Of a stretch of DNA of 64,000 nt, positions 1 to 9,350 are shown piece by piece. Under the pieces are notes generated by a model. It did no database searches. It was given only the letters and a program-made list of their open reading frames with translations, and was not told where the DNA came from. The position numbers and the translations under genes are program-made. How positions within the stretch are numbered: the first letter of the stretch is position 1; every line of letters starts with the position of its first letter. Source of the stretch: an uncultured Bacteroidota bacterium (lineage in GTDB: Bacteria > Bacteroidota > Bacteroidia > Chitinophagales > Chitinophagaceae). The DNA lies in NCBI GenBank assembly GCA_963757975.1, contig CAVWUD010000037.1, positions 1,095-65,094 of the forward strand, given 5' to 3'.

Positions 1-711
1 GGCCCCGTCAAATCTTCTGCAACCCGCACTGAAAGCAGCTTCCAGCTTTTCAATACTATTTTCCTTTCGGGAATGAAGGTGCACTCCTGATTCTATTGCC
101 GGAAATTCAGAGATTAATGATATCGTTAGCTCTTGTACCTGGGCCGGACTGGCAACACCCACCGTATCCGCAAGCGAAATAACTTTGACACCCATTTTAA
201 CCAATTGTCTTATCCAGCCCATGGCAATTTCCGGCGACCATTCATCGCCATATGGATTTCCGAAGGCCATGGAAATATATACTACCAGCCGTTTATCCTT
301 TTGCCTGCAAATTTCAAGTATATCCAAAACAGTCATCAGGGAAGTTTTGATTGATGAGTTGGTATTGCGTCTTTGAAAAGTTTCCGAAATGGAAAAAGGA
401 AAACCAATGTCTTTGATATGGGAATAAGTGGATGCTTCTGCAGCCCCCCTCGTATTTGCTACTATGGCAAGCAACCTGGTTTTCGAATGTAAAGGATTGA
501 TACGCGCAATAACATTTTTTGTATCAGCCATCTGGGGAATAGCTTTGGCAGAAACAAAACTTCCAAAATCAAGGCTGTCGAAACCAACCCTGAGAAGTGC
601 ATTCAGATAAACAATCTTTTTCTCCGTCGGAATAAAATGAGCCCAGCCTTGCATGGCATCCCGTGGACATTCGACCAGTTTAACCAAATCTGATTTGATT
701 TCATCCGTCAT
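1..711 (-). CDS. Hydroxymethylglutaryl-CoA lyase (3' end runs off the window)
   Basis: Manual translation of the minus strand from ATG at 711: MTDEIKSDLVKLVECPRDAMQGWAHFIPTEKK...GFDSLDFGSFVSAKAIPQMADT...FPFSISETFQRRNTN. ECPRDxxQ and GSFVSxKAIPQMAD are HMGL-like motifs. Missing from the ORF track because it has no stop inside the window. Confidence 0.9.
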   Translation of the reverse strand, partial: MTDEIKSDLVKLVECPRDAMQGWAHFIPTEKKIVYLNALLRVGFDSLDFGSFVSAKAIPQMADTKNVIARINPLHSKTRLLAIVANTRGAAEASTYSHIKDIGFPFSISETFQRRNTNSSIKTSLMTVLDILEICRQKDKRLVVYISMAFGNPYGDEWSPEIAMGWIRQLVKMGVKVISLADTVGVASPAQVQELTISLISEFPAIESGVHLHSRKENSIEKLEAAFSAGCRRFDGA

Positions 712-746
712 CTTCAGCGAAACTAAACCAAATCAGGATTCAAAAG

Positions 747-1743
747 TTAAAATGTTCTGATGCGTGATTCAACTTTTTCACGCAATAAATTGAAAAAATT
801 AGTCCGTACTTTTTCGCTGGTATTACTGATCAGGGTTGATTTGCGCATGATATTCAAGAAATGCTGATATGTATATTCTGAAAAAACTGGGTCTCTCGTT
901 GTAATTATATTTAGCACGGTATGATTAATATAGACCGTCTTGGTATCATTCAAAACCACGAGAATACAGTTATCACCGAGGATGAACTCGTTATAATAAA
1001 GTCTGAAGGACTGACTCGCTGCATTAGGCTTTCCTCCATATGGGTATTTAACGCCTGCTTCAGCCTGCTTTTCCAAATGATTCAGCATGGCTAGAAATTC
1101 TTTATAAAGACCCAGTGCATATTCTTCTGAAGGCAAAATCTTACTCTGCCGGTAATAGTCAATCTGCCTGAGTGTGGCATTCATGCTGTCATCATTCCAT
1201 ATTTCAACAGAAGGAAATTTATTATAGGCCTCAATCATCCTGTTCGTGATCTTATATATGTTTTCACGGAGTGATTCCAGGAGAATGATTTCCCTGCCTT
1301 CAAAAGGATACTGAAGAATGGTTTTCATCCAGAAAAAATATTTTGAATACAGTGAGTTCGTGAAAACCAAAACAATGAAAAATAAACATGTCCTTTCCCT
1401 GCCAGTAAAATTCCCTCTTTTCAAAAGTGTTAAAATAATTCGCCTGTGCAAGCAGATGTTCCAAATATTTTTCAATACCAAAATTGGAATTATCAGAGAG
1501 TGGACCGCTAAATAAATAGGAATCATTTTTTAAATGAAACAGCTGATCCATCGAGATATGATACTTGGAACAAAGCACACTGATCTCCTCAAAAGTCAAA
1601 GGCTTCTCTCCCCGGATTCTTCTGTAGGCGCTGTCATTACTGATGTTTAGGAGTTCGGCTACTTCATCCACCAGAGAAAGGTGGCCAGCCAGGTTGGATT
1701 TGATATGTTGAAAAAATACCTGTTGAACATCTGGCTTGTCCAT
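747..1743 (-). CDS. Helix-turn-helix (BetR-like) domain protein, split by one frameshift near 1335
   Basis: N-terminal part MDKPDVQQ...SLVDEVAELLNISNDSAYRRIRGEKPLTFEE (HTH) in ORF 1300-1791 joins ...FFWMKTILQYP... in ORF 747-1526 at an A/T homopolymer. Confidence 0.75.
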
Positions 1744-1943
1744 TGATTCGTTGTTTTGTGGGTTAATTCGTAATTCCTTCCAGTTCTGCAAATTCCAGGT
1801 CTAAATAAATATAGCCGATTTTTTTCAAAAAAAACAAGCTTTTATCTCAATGGATCAATACATGGTCAATTAAGATCAAAAAAGTTTCCTGATTTATTAA
1901 TCGAAATTTAAAAACTATCGTAAACAGTTAATTTTAGTGCAGT

Positions 1944-2687
1944 TTAACGGACTGCCGTTCTTTTTTTCATGGCTTCATATAAAATAATTCCGGCTGCTAC
2001 GGAAACATTAAAAGAATCAAAGTTTCCAGCCATAGGTATAGTAAATCTTTCATCCGCTGCCTTGTTCAAATAAGGCTGTAAACCTTTATCCTCACTTCCC
2101 ATCATCAGGCAACAGGGTAAATCGAGATTCAATTCATACACTTTTTTTTCACTCTTCATAGCACTTGCAAAAACAAGTATTCCATTCAAATGCAGACTGT
2201 CAACAGCTTTCAGTAAACTACTTACTCTGCATACATGTATTTTTTCAAGCGCACCTGCGGAAGATTTTAGCGCTTCTTCATTTAAAGCCGCAATGCCTTT
2301 GTCAGGAATAATGATAGCCTGGGCCCCGCAACAAACGGCGCTTCGGGCGATGGCTCCGATATTACGGACATCCGTAATTCCATCCAGAAGAATAAATAAA
2401 GGAGTCTGGCCGGCCGAAACTACCTGGTCAATAACCGACTGCAAATCCATATAAGTAATAAGAGCAGCCAGGGCTACGACTCCCTGATGATTGGCCCGTG
2501 TAAATGACAATAATTTCTCTACAGGAACCTGTTGAATTGGAATGCCGCGCTTTTCAGCCAGTTTACGAATTTCACCAATGGATTCTCCGCTCACATTTCG
2601 CTGAAATAATATTTTATCAATGGGCCTTCCGGCTTCCATGGCTTCTATCAGTGGCTGCCTTCCGATGATGATGTCAGAGGATTTCAA
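1944..2687 (-). CDS. rlmB: 23S rRNA (guanosine-2'-O)-methyltransferase RlmB, SpoU/TrmH family
   Basis: NHQGVVA, LDGITDVRNIGAIARSA, MGSEDKG and IPMAGNFDSFNVSVAAGIILYE SPOUT motifs. Confidence 0.92.
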   Translation of the reverse strand: MKSSDIIIGRQPLIEAMEAGRPIDKILFQRNVSGESIGEIRKLAEKRGIPIQQVPVEKLLSFTRANHQGVVALAALITYMDLQSVIDQVVSAGQTPLFILLDGITDVRNIGAIARSAVCCGAQAIIIPDKGIAALNEEALKSSAGALEKIHVCRVSSLLKAVDSLHLNGILVFASAMKSEKKVYELNLDLPCCLMMGSEDKGLQPYLNKAADERFTIPMAGNFDSFNVSVAAGIILYEAMKKRTAVR

Positions 2688-2690
2688 ATT

Positions 2691-3254
2691 TTATTTTTTT
2701 ATTTTACCCTGGTAAATCATGAGCTGAATTTGCTGTATAGCTGCAACCGACATGGCATCGGTGATCTTTCCTGTTTCTACCATCATGCTCACTTCATCAA
2801 ATGGTAATTTTTTTATCAACAGTTCTTCAGTTTCCTCGGGTGTTGCCATATGTTCTTCCAGGTCTCTTGCCAGGTAAATGACCGAAATCTCATCGCTTAC
2901 AGAATTAGAAAGGTGCATCGTCAAAATTTTTGTCCAGCTTTTTGCAACAAGACCCGTTTCTTCCCTGAGTTCTCTTTTTGCAGCATCCAGGGGATCTTCA
3001 TCCATCCTTCCTCCCCCCTCAGCTATCTCCCAACTGTACTGACCAATAGGAAATCGATATTGTCCGACCAGCCATGTATTTAAATTTTCATCCAGAGGAA
3101 TTACTCCGACTGCGAGATGTTTATAATGAACCTTACCATATATACCCTTTCCGCCTTTTGGATTGATCACCTGAAATTCCGTAAGTGCGATCCATGGATT
3201 TTCATATATAGTATGCTGGCTGAGGATTTGCCAGGGACTTTTCTCTTGGTTCAT
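2691..3254 (-). CDS. NUDIX hydrolase (ADP-ribose pyrophosphatase-like)
   Basis: Nudix box GGGRMDEDPLDAAKRELREETGL; GQYRFP and GKITDA motifs. Confidence 0.88.
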   Translation of the reverse strand: MNQEKSPWQILSQHTIYENPWIALTEFQVINPKGGKGIYGKVHYKHLAVGVIPLDENLNTWLVGQYRFPIGQYSWEIAEGGGRMDEDPLDAAKRELREETGLVAKSWTKILTMHLSNSVSDEISVIYLARDLEEHMATPEETEELLIKKLPFDEVSMMVETGKITDAMSVAAIQQIQLMIYQGKIKK

Positions 3255-3263
3255 CACCGAATT

Positions 3264-3373
3264 TAATTGTTAATTGTCAATTGTTAATTGTCAATGTTTT
3301 TGTTTTAACGGGGAAGTTTGGGTTCAAAGAATTACAAACCCCTTCAACAATTTACAATTGCAATTAACAATTA
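3264..3373. repeat. Inverted heptamer tandem-repeat element: (YAATTGT)x4, spacer, (ACAATTD)x3-4
   Basis: taattgt taattgt caattgt taattgt caatg at 3264-3296; acaattt acaattg caatta acaatta at 3347-3373. Confidence 0.9.
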
Positions 3374-3402
3374 AAAAAGGGCCGGTTATAAAACCCGCCC
3401 TG
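3373..3402 (-). terminator. Probable intrinsic terminator of metK
   Basis: Minus strand cagggcgggtt-ttat-aaccggccc-tttttt: imperfect GC-rich stem followed by a U-tract, about 25 nt after the metK stop. Confidence 0.65.
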
Positions 3403-3427
3403 AAAATATTGCCTTAAGCTTTATGCT

Positions 3428-4684
3428 TTACTCCTTAAGCTTAAATGCCTGTTTAACTTTTTTCACATAATCCAGTTTCTCCCAGGTAAATAATTCAACT
3501 TTTTTCTTAATGGTTTTTCCGTCGGGAGAAACAAATGTCTTCTCAATAATTTGTGGTTTACGACCCATATGCCCATATGCCGCTGTTTCACTGTAAATCG
3601 GGTTTCGCAGTTTCAATCTTTTTTCAATAAAATAAGGGCGCATATCAAAAATCTTCGCTACGATTTTTCCGATATCCCCATCAGATAGTTTCACATTGGC
3701 AGTTCCAAAAGTATTTACGTATATCGAAGTTGGCTGTGCCACCCCAATGGCATAGGAAACCTGCACGAGTACTTCCTTTGCCAACCCTGCAGCAACCAGG
3801 TTTTTTGCAATATGCCTTGTTGCATATGCCGCGCTGCGATCAACTTTGGAAGGATCTTTTCCGCTGAAAGCCCCACCACCATGCGCGCCTTTTCCTCCAT
3901 AAGTATCCACGATAATTTTACGACCTGTCAGCCCCGTATCTCCATGCGGACCGCCAATTACAAACTTACCGGTGGGGTTTATATGATATTTTATTTTATC
4001 GTTAAAAAGATGTCCGTATTTTTTATATTTTGACTGAACACGGGGTATGAGGATGGAAATAATATCTTTTTTAATCTTAGCCTGCATTTTTGCTTCGGTA
4101 TCGAAATCGTCGTGTTGGGTGGAAATCACAATGGCATCAATTCTAACCGGATTGTTGTCATCGTCATATTCAAGAGTAACCTGACTTTTGGCGTCCGGTC
4201 GTAGATATTTGATTTCTTTATTTTCCCTTCTGAACGCAGCCAGCTCAATCAGGAGTTTGTGTGCCAGATCGAGAGCCAGCGGCATATAATCTTCAGTTTC
4301 ATGACTGGCATAACCAAACATCATTCCCTGATCGCCGGCACCCTGTTCTTCTTTTTTTGTCCGGTCAACTCCCTGGTTTATATCAGCCGACTGCTCATGA
4401 ATTGCAGAAAATATACCGCAGGAATTTGCTTCAAACATATATTCACTCTTGGTATAACCGATTTTACGGATCACTGATCGTGCAATTTCCTGTACGTCCA
4501 GATAGGCGCTGGATTTTACTTCCCCCGCAAGCACAACCTGTCCGGTAGTTACAAGGGTTTCACAGGCCACTTTGGATTGAGGATCAAAAGCCAGAAAATG
4601 ATCGATCAGTGCGTCAGAAATCTGGTCGGCAACTTTATCGGGGTGACCTTCAGAAACACTTTCGGAAGTGAATAAATAAGGCAT
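3428..4684 (-). CDS. metK: S-adenosylmethionine synthetase
   Basis: [23 protein letters not shown] and [16 protein letters not shown] signatures. Start set at MPYLF (4684). Confidence 0.98.
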   Translation of the reverse strand: MPYLFTSESVSEGHPDKVADQISDALIDHFLAFDPQSKVACETLVTTGQVVLAGEVKSSAYLDVQEIARSVIRKIGYTKSEYMFEANSCGIFSAIHEQSADINQGVDRTKKEEQGAGDQGMMFGYASHETEDYMPLALDLAHKLLIELAAFRRENKEIKYLRPDAKSQVTLEYDDDNNPVRIDAIVISTQHDDFDTEAKMQAKIKKDIISILIPRVQSKYKKYGHLFNDKIKYHINPTGKFVIGGPHGDTGLTGRKIIVDTYGGKGAHGGGAFSGKDPSKVDRSAAYATRHIAKNLVAAGLAKEVLVQVSYAIGVAQPTSIYVNTFGTANVKLSDGDIGKIVAKIFDMRPYFIEKRLKLRNPIYSETAAYGHMGRKPQIIEKTFVSPDGKTIKKKVELFTWEKLDYVKKVKQAFKLKE

Positions 4685-4755
4685 TTTTACTTGTTGATTT
4701 GGATCATGAAAATAAAAAACCACTAACTACAAAAAGTAATTAATGGATGGCGATG

Positions 4756-4763
4756 CAAAGATA
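4756..4763 (-). promoter_or_regulatory. Bacteroidota sigma-70 -7 box (TATCTTTG) for metK
   Basis: Matches the TAnnTTTG consensus about 70 nt upstream of the start codon. Confidence 0.6.
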
Positions 4764-4802
4764 ATAGTTGATGCATTATTACTTATAAATCGCTGGAACA
4801 AA

Positions 4803-5615
4803 TTATTGTGACAGATCAGTATAGAGCTGCAGATAATCACTCAGGTCAGATTCGGTATTATAAGGAAGCACTTTTTTGCCCCTGACTTTACTGAATTCCT
4901 CGATGAGTTTTTTATCAGTTTTTTCCGCACCAAAAGTGATGGCATCTGCATAACCTGCACCGATTCGGAAAAGATCAGAGTTGCTGGCCTCATTGAATGG
5001 TTCAAGGTCCTTTTCCTTAATACTGGCATGTATATTGGCGGTTTTGGTAAAATGATTGCCTAATTTTTCTTTAAAAGTATTCTGACCAATGGTATACACT
5101 ACTTTGCTATGCGCAAAAACAGGTTCCTTTTTATATACTGTTTTCAGATAAAAAGGAATCAATCCGGTCATCCAGCCGCTGCAATGAATAATATCGGGAG
5201 GCCATCCGAATTTCTTGACCGTTTCAAGTGCCCCTTTACAAAAGAATACGGTACGCAGCCCATTGTCTTCAAACCATTTTTCCTTTTCATCATGAAAAAT
5301 ATATTTGCTTTTAAAAAGGTCTTCATTCTCCAGAAAATATACCTGCAGCCGTGCATTGGGAAGAGAAGCGACTTTAATTTGCAGCGGATAGTCGTCATTA
5401 TCAACTGAAACATTGATACCTGAAAGTCTGACTACTTCATGCAGCCTGTGTCTTCTTTCATTAATCACTCCAAACCTTGGCATGATACATCGAACTTCAA
5501 AACCGTTATCATTGGATTTTATCGCTAACTTATTGACTGTTTCCGCAAATTCTGTGAGTTCCAGATAGGGAGACATTTCATTGGCAATAAATAAAATTCT
5601 TTTCTTTGCTACCAT
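4803..5615 (-). CDS. Glycogen/starch synthase-like protein (GT5 N-terminal domain only)
   Basis: RILFIANEMSPY, EVRCIMPRFG and WPPDIIHCSGWMTGLIP resemble the GlgA N-terminal domain; only 270 aa long. Confidence 0.8.
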   Translation of the reverse strand: MVAKKRILFIANEMSPYLELTEFAETVNKLAIKSNDNGFEVRCIMPRFGVINERRHRLHEVVRLSGINVSVDNDDYPLQIKVASLPNARLQVYFLENEDLFKSKYIFHDEKEKWFEDNGLRTVFFCKGALETVKKFGWPPDIIHCSGWMTGLIPFYLKTVYKKEPVFAHSKVVYTIGQNTFKEKLGNHFTKTANIHASIKEKDLEPFNEASNSDLFRIGAGYADAITFGAEKTDKKLIEEFSKVRGKKVLPYNTESDLSDYLQLYTDLSQ

Positions 5616-5661
5616 TAGGAATGGGAATTGGTGATCAGGAGAATACCTGAAATTCAGTTTG

Positions 5662-5669
5662 CAAAGGTA
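5662..5669 (-). promoter_or_regulatory. -7 box (TACCTTTG) for the GT5-like gene
   Basis: TAnnTTTG match about 46 nt upstream of the ATG. Confidence 0.55.
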
Positions 5670-5725
5670 CGGTTAATTCCCTAAATAGGCTGTTGTAATG
5701 ACTCCGAATTGATAAAACGCTGAAA

Positions 5726-6570
5726 ATGATTCTATTTAAAAGGTCGGAAGACCTCCGGAAATGGCTGGCCGGTAAGAACAACAAGGGGGGTAAAACCGGC
5801 TTTGTGCCAACCATGGGTGCATTGCATGAAGGTCATATCAGATTGATTGAAGCTTGCCGTTCCCAAACGGATCTCTGTATTTGCAGCATTTTCGTAAATC
5901 CTGCCCAGTTTAATGACCGCAAGGACTTTAAGAAATATCCCGTCAGTCTTGAAAAGGATATTGAAATGCTGGAAAATGCGGGTACAGACCTGGTTTTTAT
6001 CCCTTCCGTTCATGAAATATATCCAAGGGGGATACAGGATTGGAAACCTATGATCTGGGCACCCTTGAAACCATCCTGGAAGGTCGTTACCGGCCGGGAC
6101 ATTTCCAGGGAGTCTGTCAGGTAATGAGCCGCCTTCTGGACATTGTAAGCCGGATTATTTATTCATGGGACAAAAAGATTACCAGCAATGTCTGGTTGTG
6201 AAGAGATTGATCAGCCTCCTCAATCTGGCGGTTGAATTCCGCACTGTTCCAACCATAAGAGAAGAAGATGGCCTTGCATTAAGCAGCCGAAACAGGCGGT
6301 TAACAGGGGAACAAAGGAGAAATGCTGCTGCCATTTTCCAGGCTCTTAAATATATCCGGAAAACCCTTACTCCCGGAGATACCGGCTCGGGTTATTGAAG
6401 CGGCAAAGAAAATACTTAATGAAGCCCATTTCAAAACCGATTATATATCCATTTCCAAAGCAGAGGATCTACAACCGCTTCAGGTCTGTGATGGAAAAGT
6501 TAAAACTCTGGCCCTCATTGCAGCTTTTCAGGGAGAAGTCAGACTTATAGATAATATGCTGCTGAATTAG
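5726..6570 (+). CDS. panC: Pantoate--beta-alanine ligase (two frameshifts, near 6030 and 6390)
   Basis: GFVPTMGALHEGH, SIFVNPAQF, GQKDYQQ, REEDGLALSSRN and VRLIDN spread over three ORF fragments. Confidence 0.93.
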
Positions 6571-6572
6571 TA

Positions 6573-6580
6573 TAATTTTG
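6573..6580 (+). promoter_or_regulatory. -7 box (TAATTTTG) for panD
   Basis: TAnnTTTG match 23 nt upstream of the ATG. Confidence 0.5.
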
Positions 6581-6603
6581 CGGCTCAAAATGAAAAAGCG
6601 CCC

Positions 6604-6948
6604 ATGGATATCGAAATATTAAAATCTAAAGTTCACAGGGTGGTCATAACCGAATCCAATCTGAATTATATCGGCAGCCTGACCCTTGACGAGGATCTGA
6701 TGGACGCCGCAAATTTAATCGCAAACGAAAAAGTGCAGGTTGTAAACGTTAACAATGGAGCACGAATAGAAACATATCTTATTCCCGGAAAAAGAGATTC
6801 AGGAATATGTTGCCTGAACGGGCCTGCAGCCCGAAGTGGCGCAGTTGGTGATATTGTGATTGTAATTTCCTATGCACGCCTGGATTTTGAAGAAGCTAAA
6901 AAATTCAAACCATGGGTGGTTTTCCCCAGGGAAGGGAATAAATTATAG
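6604..6948 (+). CDS. panD: Aspartate 1-decarboxylase
   Basis: [16 protein letters not shown] (Gly-Ser cleavage site), [15 protein letters not shown]. Confidence 0.97.
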   Translation: MDIEILKSKVHRVVITESNLNYIGSLTLDEDLMDAANLIANEKVQVVNVNNGARIETYLIPGKRDSGICCLNGPAARSGAVGDIVIVISYARLDFEEAKKFKPWVVFPREGNKL

Positions 6949-7019
6949 ATCGCGTGCGGCGCGCTGTATCCCGCTCCAGACTTGCCGGATCCCTTTAAAA
7001 TTGTATCTTACCCCCCTCT

Positions 7020-8057
7020 ATGAAGAAGCATTTTTTATCGGTTCTGCAATACGTTTTTTTCGCTGCCCTGGCAGTATTTTTTGTTTGGTTAAGTGTTCGT
7101 GGAATGGATCATGAGAAATGGGAACAACTTAAAAAAGCAATGGACCGCGCTCATTACTGGTTACTTATTCCTGTTTTCAGTTTATTACTCGTTGCCCACT
7201 GGTTGCGGGCCCTGCGCTGGAGGCAACTTATGCAACCCATGGGTTATACTCCTTCCCGGCTGAATGCCTTTTTTGCTGTAATGATCGGATATTTCGTAAA
7301 CCTGGGTGCGCCAAGACTGGGAGAAGTTATAAAATGCACGATACTGGCGAGGTATGAAAAAATACCAGCCCAAAAACTTGTGGGCACCATCGTGGCAGAA
7401 AGAGCTTTTGATGTGATTTGCCTGATGCTGGTTTTCGGTCTCACATTTGTTTTTCAATTTGATATCGTTTGTTCACTGGTACACGATTATATTTATCCGC
7501 TATTTCAAAACAAAAACGGGCAGACTGCCTACAGGAAAATAATTATTCTGGCCATCGGACTCATCATTTTCCTGGTTATTATTAAAGTAGTCTTTAGCCG
7601 TTTCGGACATATTAATATTGTTCAGAAAATAAAGGATATACTTACAGGTGTCTGGCATGGACTGATCAGTGTGCGTGCTCTAAAAAATAAGCCTTTATTT
7701 TTCTTTTATACTATTGCGATATGGGTCATGTATCTGCTAAGTACATGGTGCGGGTTTTTCGCTATTGATGAAACAAGCCACCTGGGACTTGCCGATGCGT
7801 TTACCGTTCTCGCCATGGGAAGTGTTGGAATGATCCTTTCACCCGGAGGAATAGGCGCATATGCTTTGCTCGTTATGGAAACCGTTGCCTTATATCATAT
7901 ACCCAAAGAACCATACGGCCAGGCACTCGGATGGCTGCTCTGGTTTGGTCAGTTTTTGAGTTTTGTCATTTTTGGCGTAATCAGTTTTATTTTATTACCC
8001 CGCGTTAACCGTCAAAAAATTAAAGTGGATGAAACAGCCCCAGGTTATACAGCATAA
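7020..8057 (+). CDS. Lysylphosphatidylglycerol synthase TM-domain / flippase-like membrane protein
   Basis: RALRW, PRLGEVIKC, GTIVAERAFD and PGGIGAY motifs; several hydrophobic helices. Confidence 0.85.
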   Translation: MKKHFLSVLQYVFFAALAVFFVWLSVRGMDHEKWEQLKKAMDRAHYWLLIPVFSLLLVAHWLRALRWRQLMQPMGYTPSRLNAFFAVMIGYFVNLGAPRLGEVIKCTILARYEKIPAQKLVGTIVAERAFDVICLMLVFGLTFVFQFDIVCSLVHDYIYPLFQNKNGQTAYRKIIILAIGLIIFLVIIKVVFSRFGHINIVQKIKDILTGVWHGLISVRALKNKPLFFFYTIAIWVMYLLSTWCGFFAIDETSHLGLADAFTVLAMGSVGMILSPGGIGAYALLVMETVALYHIPKEPYGQALGWLLWFGQFLSFVIFGVISFILLPRVNRQKIKVDETAPGYTA

Positions 8058-8520
8058 AATATATTCACTAAAAGAGATAGTTTTCCAGGTGAACAGATGG
8101 AAATTACTCAACAAGACCATTTCATTTACCAACGGATGCTTCGATATCCTGCATCCTGGCCATATTACTTCACTTTCAGATGCAGCCATCGAATCAGATT
8201 TCCTGATTGTCGGTTTGAACTCCGATGGATCTGCCCACAGGTTGAAAGGTGCAGGCCGCCCCGTGATGGATGAAAAATCACGCGCTCTGATGCTGGCATC
8301 CCTGCTCATCGTGGATGCCGTTGTGATCTTTGAAGAAGATACACCGCTCGAGCTCATCAAATTAATAAAACCTGATGTACTGGTAAAAGGAGGCGATTAT
8401 ACAATCGATCAGATTGTAGGCGCCAAAGAAGTGATTGCTTTGGGAGGACGAGTCGTTATCAATCCGATTGTACCTGGATTTTCTTCGACTGGGATTATAG
8501 GGAAAATACAGGCTTTGTAG
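8029..8520 (+). CDS. rfaE2: D-glycero-beta-D-manno-heptose 1-phosphate adenylyltransferase (cytidylyltransferase family)
   Basis: FTNGCFDILHPGH, VGLNSD, LKGAGRP, KPDVLVKGGDY. Confidence 0.9.
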   Translation: MKQPQVIQHKIYSLKEIVFQVNRWKLLNKTISFTNGCFDILHPGHITSLSDAAIESDFLIVGLNSDGSAHRLKGAGRPVMDEKSRALMLASLLIVDAVVIFEEDTPLELIKLIKPDVLVKGGDYTIDQIVGAKEVIALGGRVVINPIVPGFSSTGIIGKIQAL

Positions 8521-8604
8521 TATGGAAGTATGGTAGTGTGGTAGTTATCAACACATACTTCACACTACCACACTACCACACTCTACCACACTTCCACACT
8601 TTCC
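8518..8604. repeat. Inverted octamer tandem-repeat element (GTRTGGWA / CACACTAC) between convergent genes
   Basis: tagtatggaagtatggtagtgtggtagt, then a short spacer, then cacactaccacactaccacactctaccacacttccacact. Confidence 0.85.
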
Positions 8605-9297
8605 TCATCCTCTGTACATTCTCTCTACTTCCTGCACAATCACCTCCACATCATGATCTTCTCCCTGTGCATCGTAAGGCTGTTTGAGGCTGCTGCCAAA
8701 GAAAAAAGCAACCGTTTGCCAGACCCGGGCTGAGAGCCCGCCACGGTATTCTTTTATAATATCATAACAGTTGTTACCTGTCTGCCTGTTAATAAGTTTC
8801 ATCAAAACTTTCCCCTGATAAACAGAAAGTCTTTCCATAGGATCTGTAAATTGTTTTTTCAGATCCCTTTCCATCGATTTGATATATTCTTTTTTCTGTG
8901 ATTCAGAATTCATTTTTGCAAGCTGAGTATTCATATCGTTGAGTATAATACCTGCTTTCCTTGCATAGGGATAGGTAACATATACCGCATTTCTCAATCG
9001 CGACATCGCTTCACTTCGTTTACGCATGGCACGCGTCATGGCGCCATAGATATCTACGGCAGCATAAGTTTTGGCGGGAATAGTATCACCTTCGTAAATA
9101 ATCACCATGCTCCAGATGGTATCATTTTTACCAAATCGGTTGTTGAATTGTTGCAGATCAGCCTGTTTTTTTTCCTGATCTGTTTTTTTGGGAACAGGGG
9201 GCGGAACGGATGACTGCTGTGCAAAAGCAGACTGAACCGTGATCAGCAGGATAAACGGGAATAAAACACAGAGGTATCGTAAACGAAAAAGGGGCAT
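8605..9297 (-). CDS. DUF4294 family secreted protein
   Basis: Signal peptide; RLRNAVYVTYPYA, QGKVLMKLINRQTG and FFGSSLKQPYD resemble DUF4294. Confidence 0.75.
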   Translation of the reverse strand: MPLFRLRYLCVLFPFILLITVQSAFAQQSSVPPPVPKKTDQEKKQADLQQFNNRFGKNDTIWSMVIIYEGDTIPAKTYAAVDIYGAMTRAMRKRSEAMSRLRNAVYVTYPYARKAGIILNDMNTQLAKMNSESQKKEYIKSMERDLKKQFTDPMERLSVYQGKVLMKLINRQTGNNCYDIIKEYRGGLSARVWQTVAFFFGSSLKQPYDAQGEDHDVEVIVQEVERMYRG

Positions 9298-9350
9298 TTA
9301 AAGATTAAAGTTAATAAAAATTCCGGCTTCGCCCAAGGGGACCAGAACCA

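Noticed and set aside
133-610. Plus-strand ORFs 133-354, 185-376 and 428-610, and the many other antisense ORFs in the track
   Set aside because: They are shadows of real genes on the opposite strand, here HMG-CoA lyase, and show no recognisable motifs.
4685-4800. SAM riboswitch upstream of metK
   Set aside because: I could not match SAM-I or SAM-II consensus elements by eye in the ~70-nt leader. An Infernal/Rfam scan would settle it.
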